This document shows, in pieces, positions 23,180 to 24,006 of a stretch of 24,006 bases of DNA. The position numbers and the translations under genes were made by a program. How positions within the stretch are numbered: position 1 is the stretch's first letter; each line of letters opens with the position of its first letter. The notes below the pieces were generated by a model. The model was not told the DNA's origin. It saw only the letters and a program-made list of their open reading frames with translations, and ran no database searches. This DNA is from Promethearchaeota archaeon (GTDB lineage: Archaea > Asgardarchaeota > Lokiarchaeia > Sigyniarchaeales > SOKP01), in assembly GCA_016839585.1 (NCBI GenBank), contig JAEOTZ010000066.1:1-24006 (forward strand), written 5' to 3'.

Positions 23180-24006
23180 TTAAGAAATCCTTCTTTTAAA
23201 CATTTTTTCAGTATTTTTAGCGATTAGATAAAATTTATTTAAATTAATACTGCTTAATTCTTCAGTTTCGAATATGATATGGTTGCAATCATACTTTGAA
23301 AAATCTTTCTCTATTATTCTTATATTAAACATTTTATCTTCCCATAAGCGTGAGCCAGGATAGGGTGTAGCTACAAAATAGTCTATTGTATCATTATTAT
23401 CCAATGGTAATGTTTTTATGAATTGAATTGTCTTATAAAAGCTTTTTTCTGTTTCACTTGGCAAGCCTAAGACAAAATATGCTTGAATAGGGATACCAAC
23501 TTCTTTTAAATTAGACACTCCTTGATAAACTTCAACCGGATCTTGAAATTTGAAATTTTTTCTCAGAACTGTTTTACTTGCTGATTCTATGCCAGTAGCT
23601 ACAAGTTGGCATCCAGCTTTTTTTAATAATTTGGCATCTTTTTTAGAAATATTATCTACTCTTAACTCGCAACCCCATGGTATTTTTATATTGTTATCCA
23701 TGAACATTTCACAAAAATCCTTAAAAAATTTTTTATCAATGTTGATGTTGTCATAAAAATTTATGTAATTATATGTTTGCATTGAAAGTATGTCTCTAAT
23801 TTCAGTAAGAATAGATTTAATACTTCTAATTCTTACATTCTTAAACAATTTTGTTCTTGAACAAAAAGAACACTGATTTGGGCATCCTCTATTTATAATT
23901 ACATTTGCAACATTATAAAAATATTTATCCTGAGTTAGTTTATAGCGAGCAGGTAGGGGTAGAGATTCAACATCTATAAGTTTATCAGGATATCCTGTAA
24001 AAATGA
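23180..24006 (-). CDS. Radical SAM protein, probably cobalamin-dependent (class B/BchE-like); 5'-truncated by the window edge
   Basis: Frame is open to the window end: ...VESLPLPARY...NRGCPNQCSFCS (CxxxCxxC), then RIRS, FYDN, W.CELRVD, AGC...TGIES, FVLGLPSET, TPYPGS. The ORF-track start at 23848 is internal. Confidence 0.9.
   Translation of the reverse strand, partial: IFTGYPDKLIDVESLPLPARYKLTQDKYFYNVANVIINRGCPNQCSFCSRTKLFKNVRIRSIKSILTEIRDILSMQTYNYINFYDNINIDKKFFKDFCEMFMDNNIKIPWGCELRVDNISKKDAKLLKKAGCQLVATGIESASKTVLRKNFKFQDPVEVYQGVSNLKEVGIPIQAYFVLGLPSETEKSFYKTIQFIKTLPLDNNDTIDYFVATPYPGSRLWEDKMFNIRIIEKDFSKYDCNHIIFETEELSSINLNKFYLIAKNTEKMFKRRIS

Noticed and set aside
3843-23756. Short ORF-track entries overlapping larger genes (e.g. 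3843-4034, 4259-4465, 4728-5009, 6136-6321, 7696-7887, 7946-8134, 8049-8252, 9096-9290, 11812-12033, 12366-12575, 19437-19655, 20041-20277, 20189-20455, 22595-22834, 22746-22970, 23550-23756)
   Set aside because: Antisense or out-of-frame shadows of well-supported genes, with no motifs, SD signals or protein-like composition.

Overview
Very AT-rich (roughly 28-30% GC by eye) archaeal chromosomal segment. It is most consistent with an Asgard (Lokiarchaeia-like) genome; this is an inference from gene content and style (archaeal-type ProRS, pyruvoyl arginine decarboxylase, fae-hps fusion, TrmB-coiled-coil protein, T-tract terminators, leaderless TATA geometry). No rRNA, tRNA, CRISPR array or intact mobile element was seen. 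The left half is metabolic: proS 3' end, DUF2061 protein, an unlisted 54-aa zinc-ribbon gene, MBL hydrolase, PepD, a divergent acyl-CoA ligase/enoyl-CoA hydratase pair, a D-cysteine-desulfhydrase-like PLP enzyme, two tandem non-canonical deoxyhypusine synthase paralogs divergent from pdaD, a GH57 branching enzyme, a creatinase-like M24 protein and a nitroreductase. The 14.5-20.5 kb block holds the most unusual biology. (i) A two-gene pair shares a paralogous ectodomain: one is a surface protein with a GAIN/ZU5-type H-F-S autoproteolysis-like motif just before its TM helix, the other is a membrane-spanning tandem winged-helix regulator lacking that motif, which suggests a transmembrane signalling module. 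(ii) A 751-aa split-TrmB protein has a ~530-aa helical insert with 22-residue periodicity and an FFWLG-KKKK motif at its midpoint, suggesting a fold-back DNA-to-membrane tether. (iii) A CDF-like transporter core sits between two winged helices. The window ends with a small hypothetical/remnant region, fae-hps and a partial radical SAM gene.
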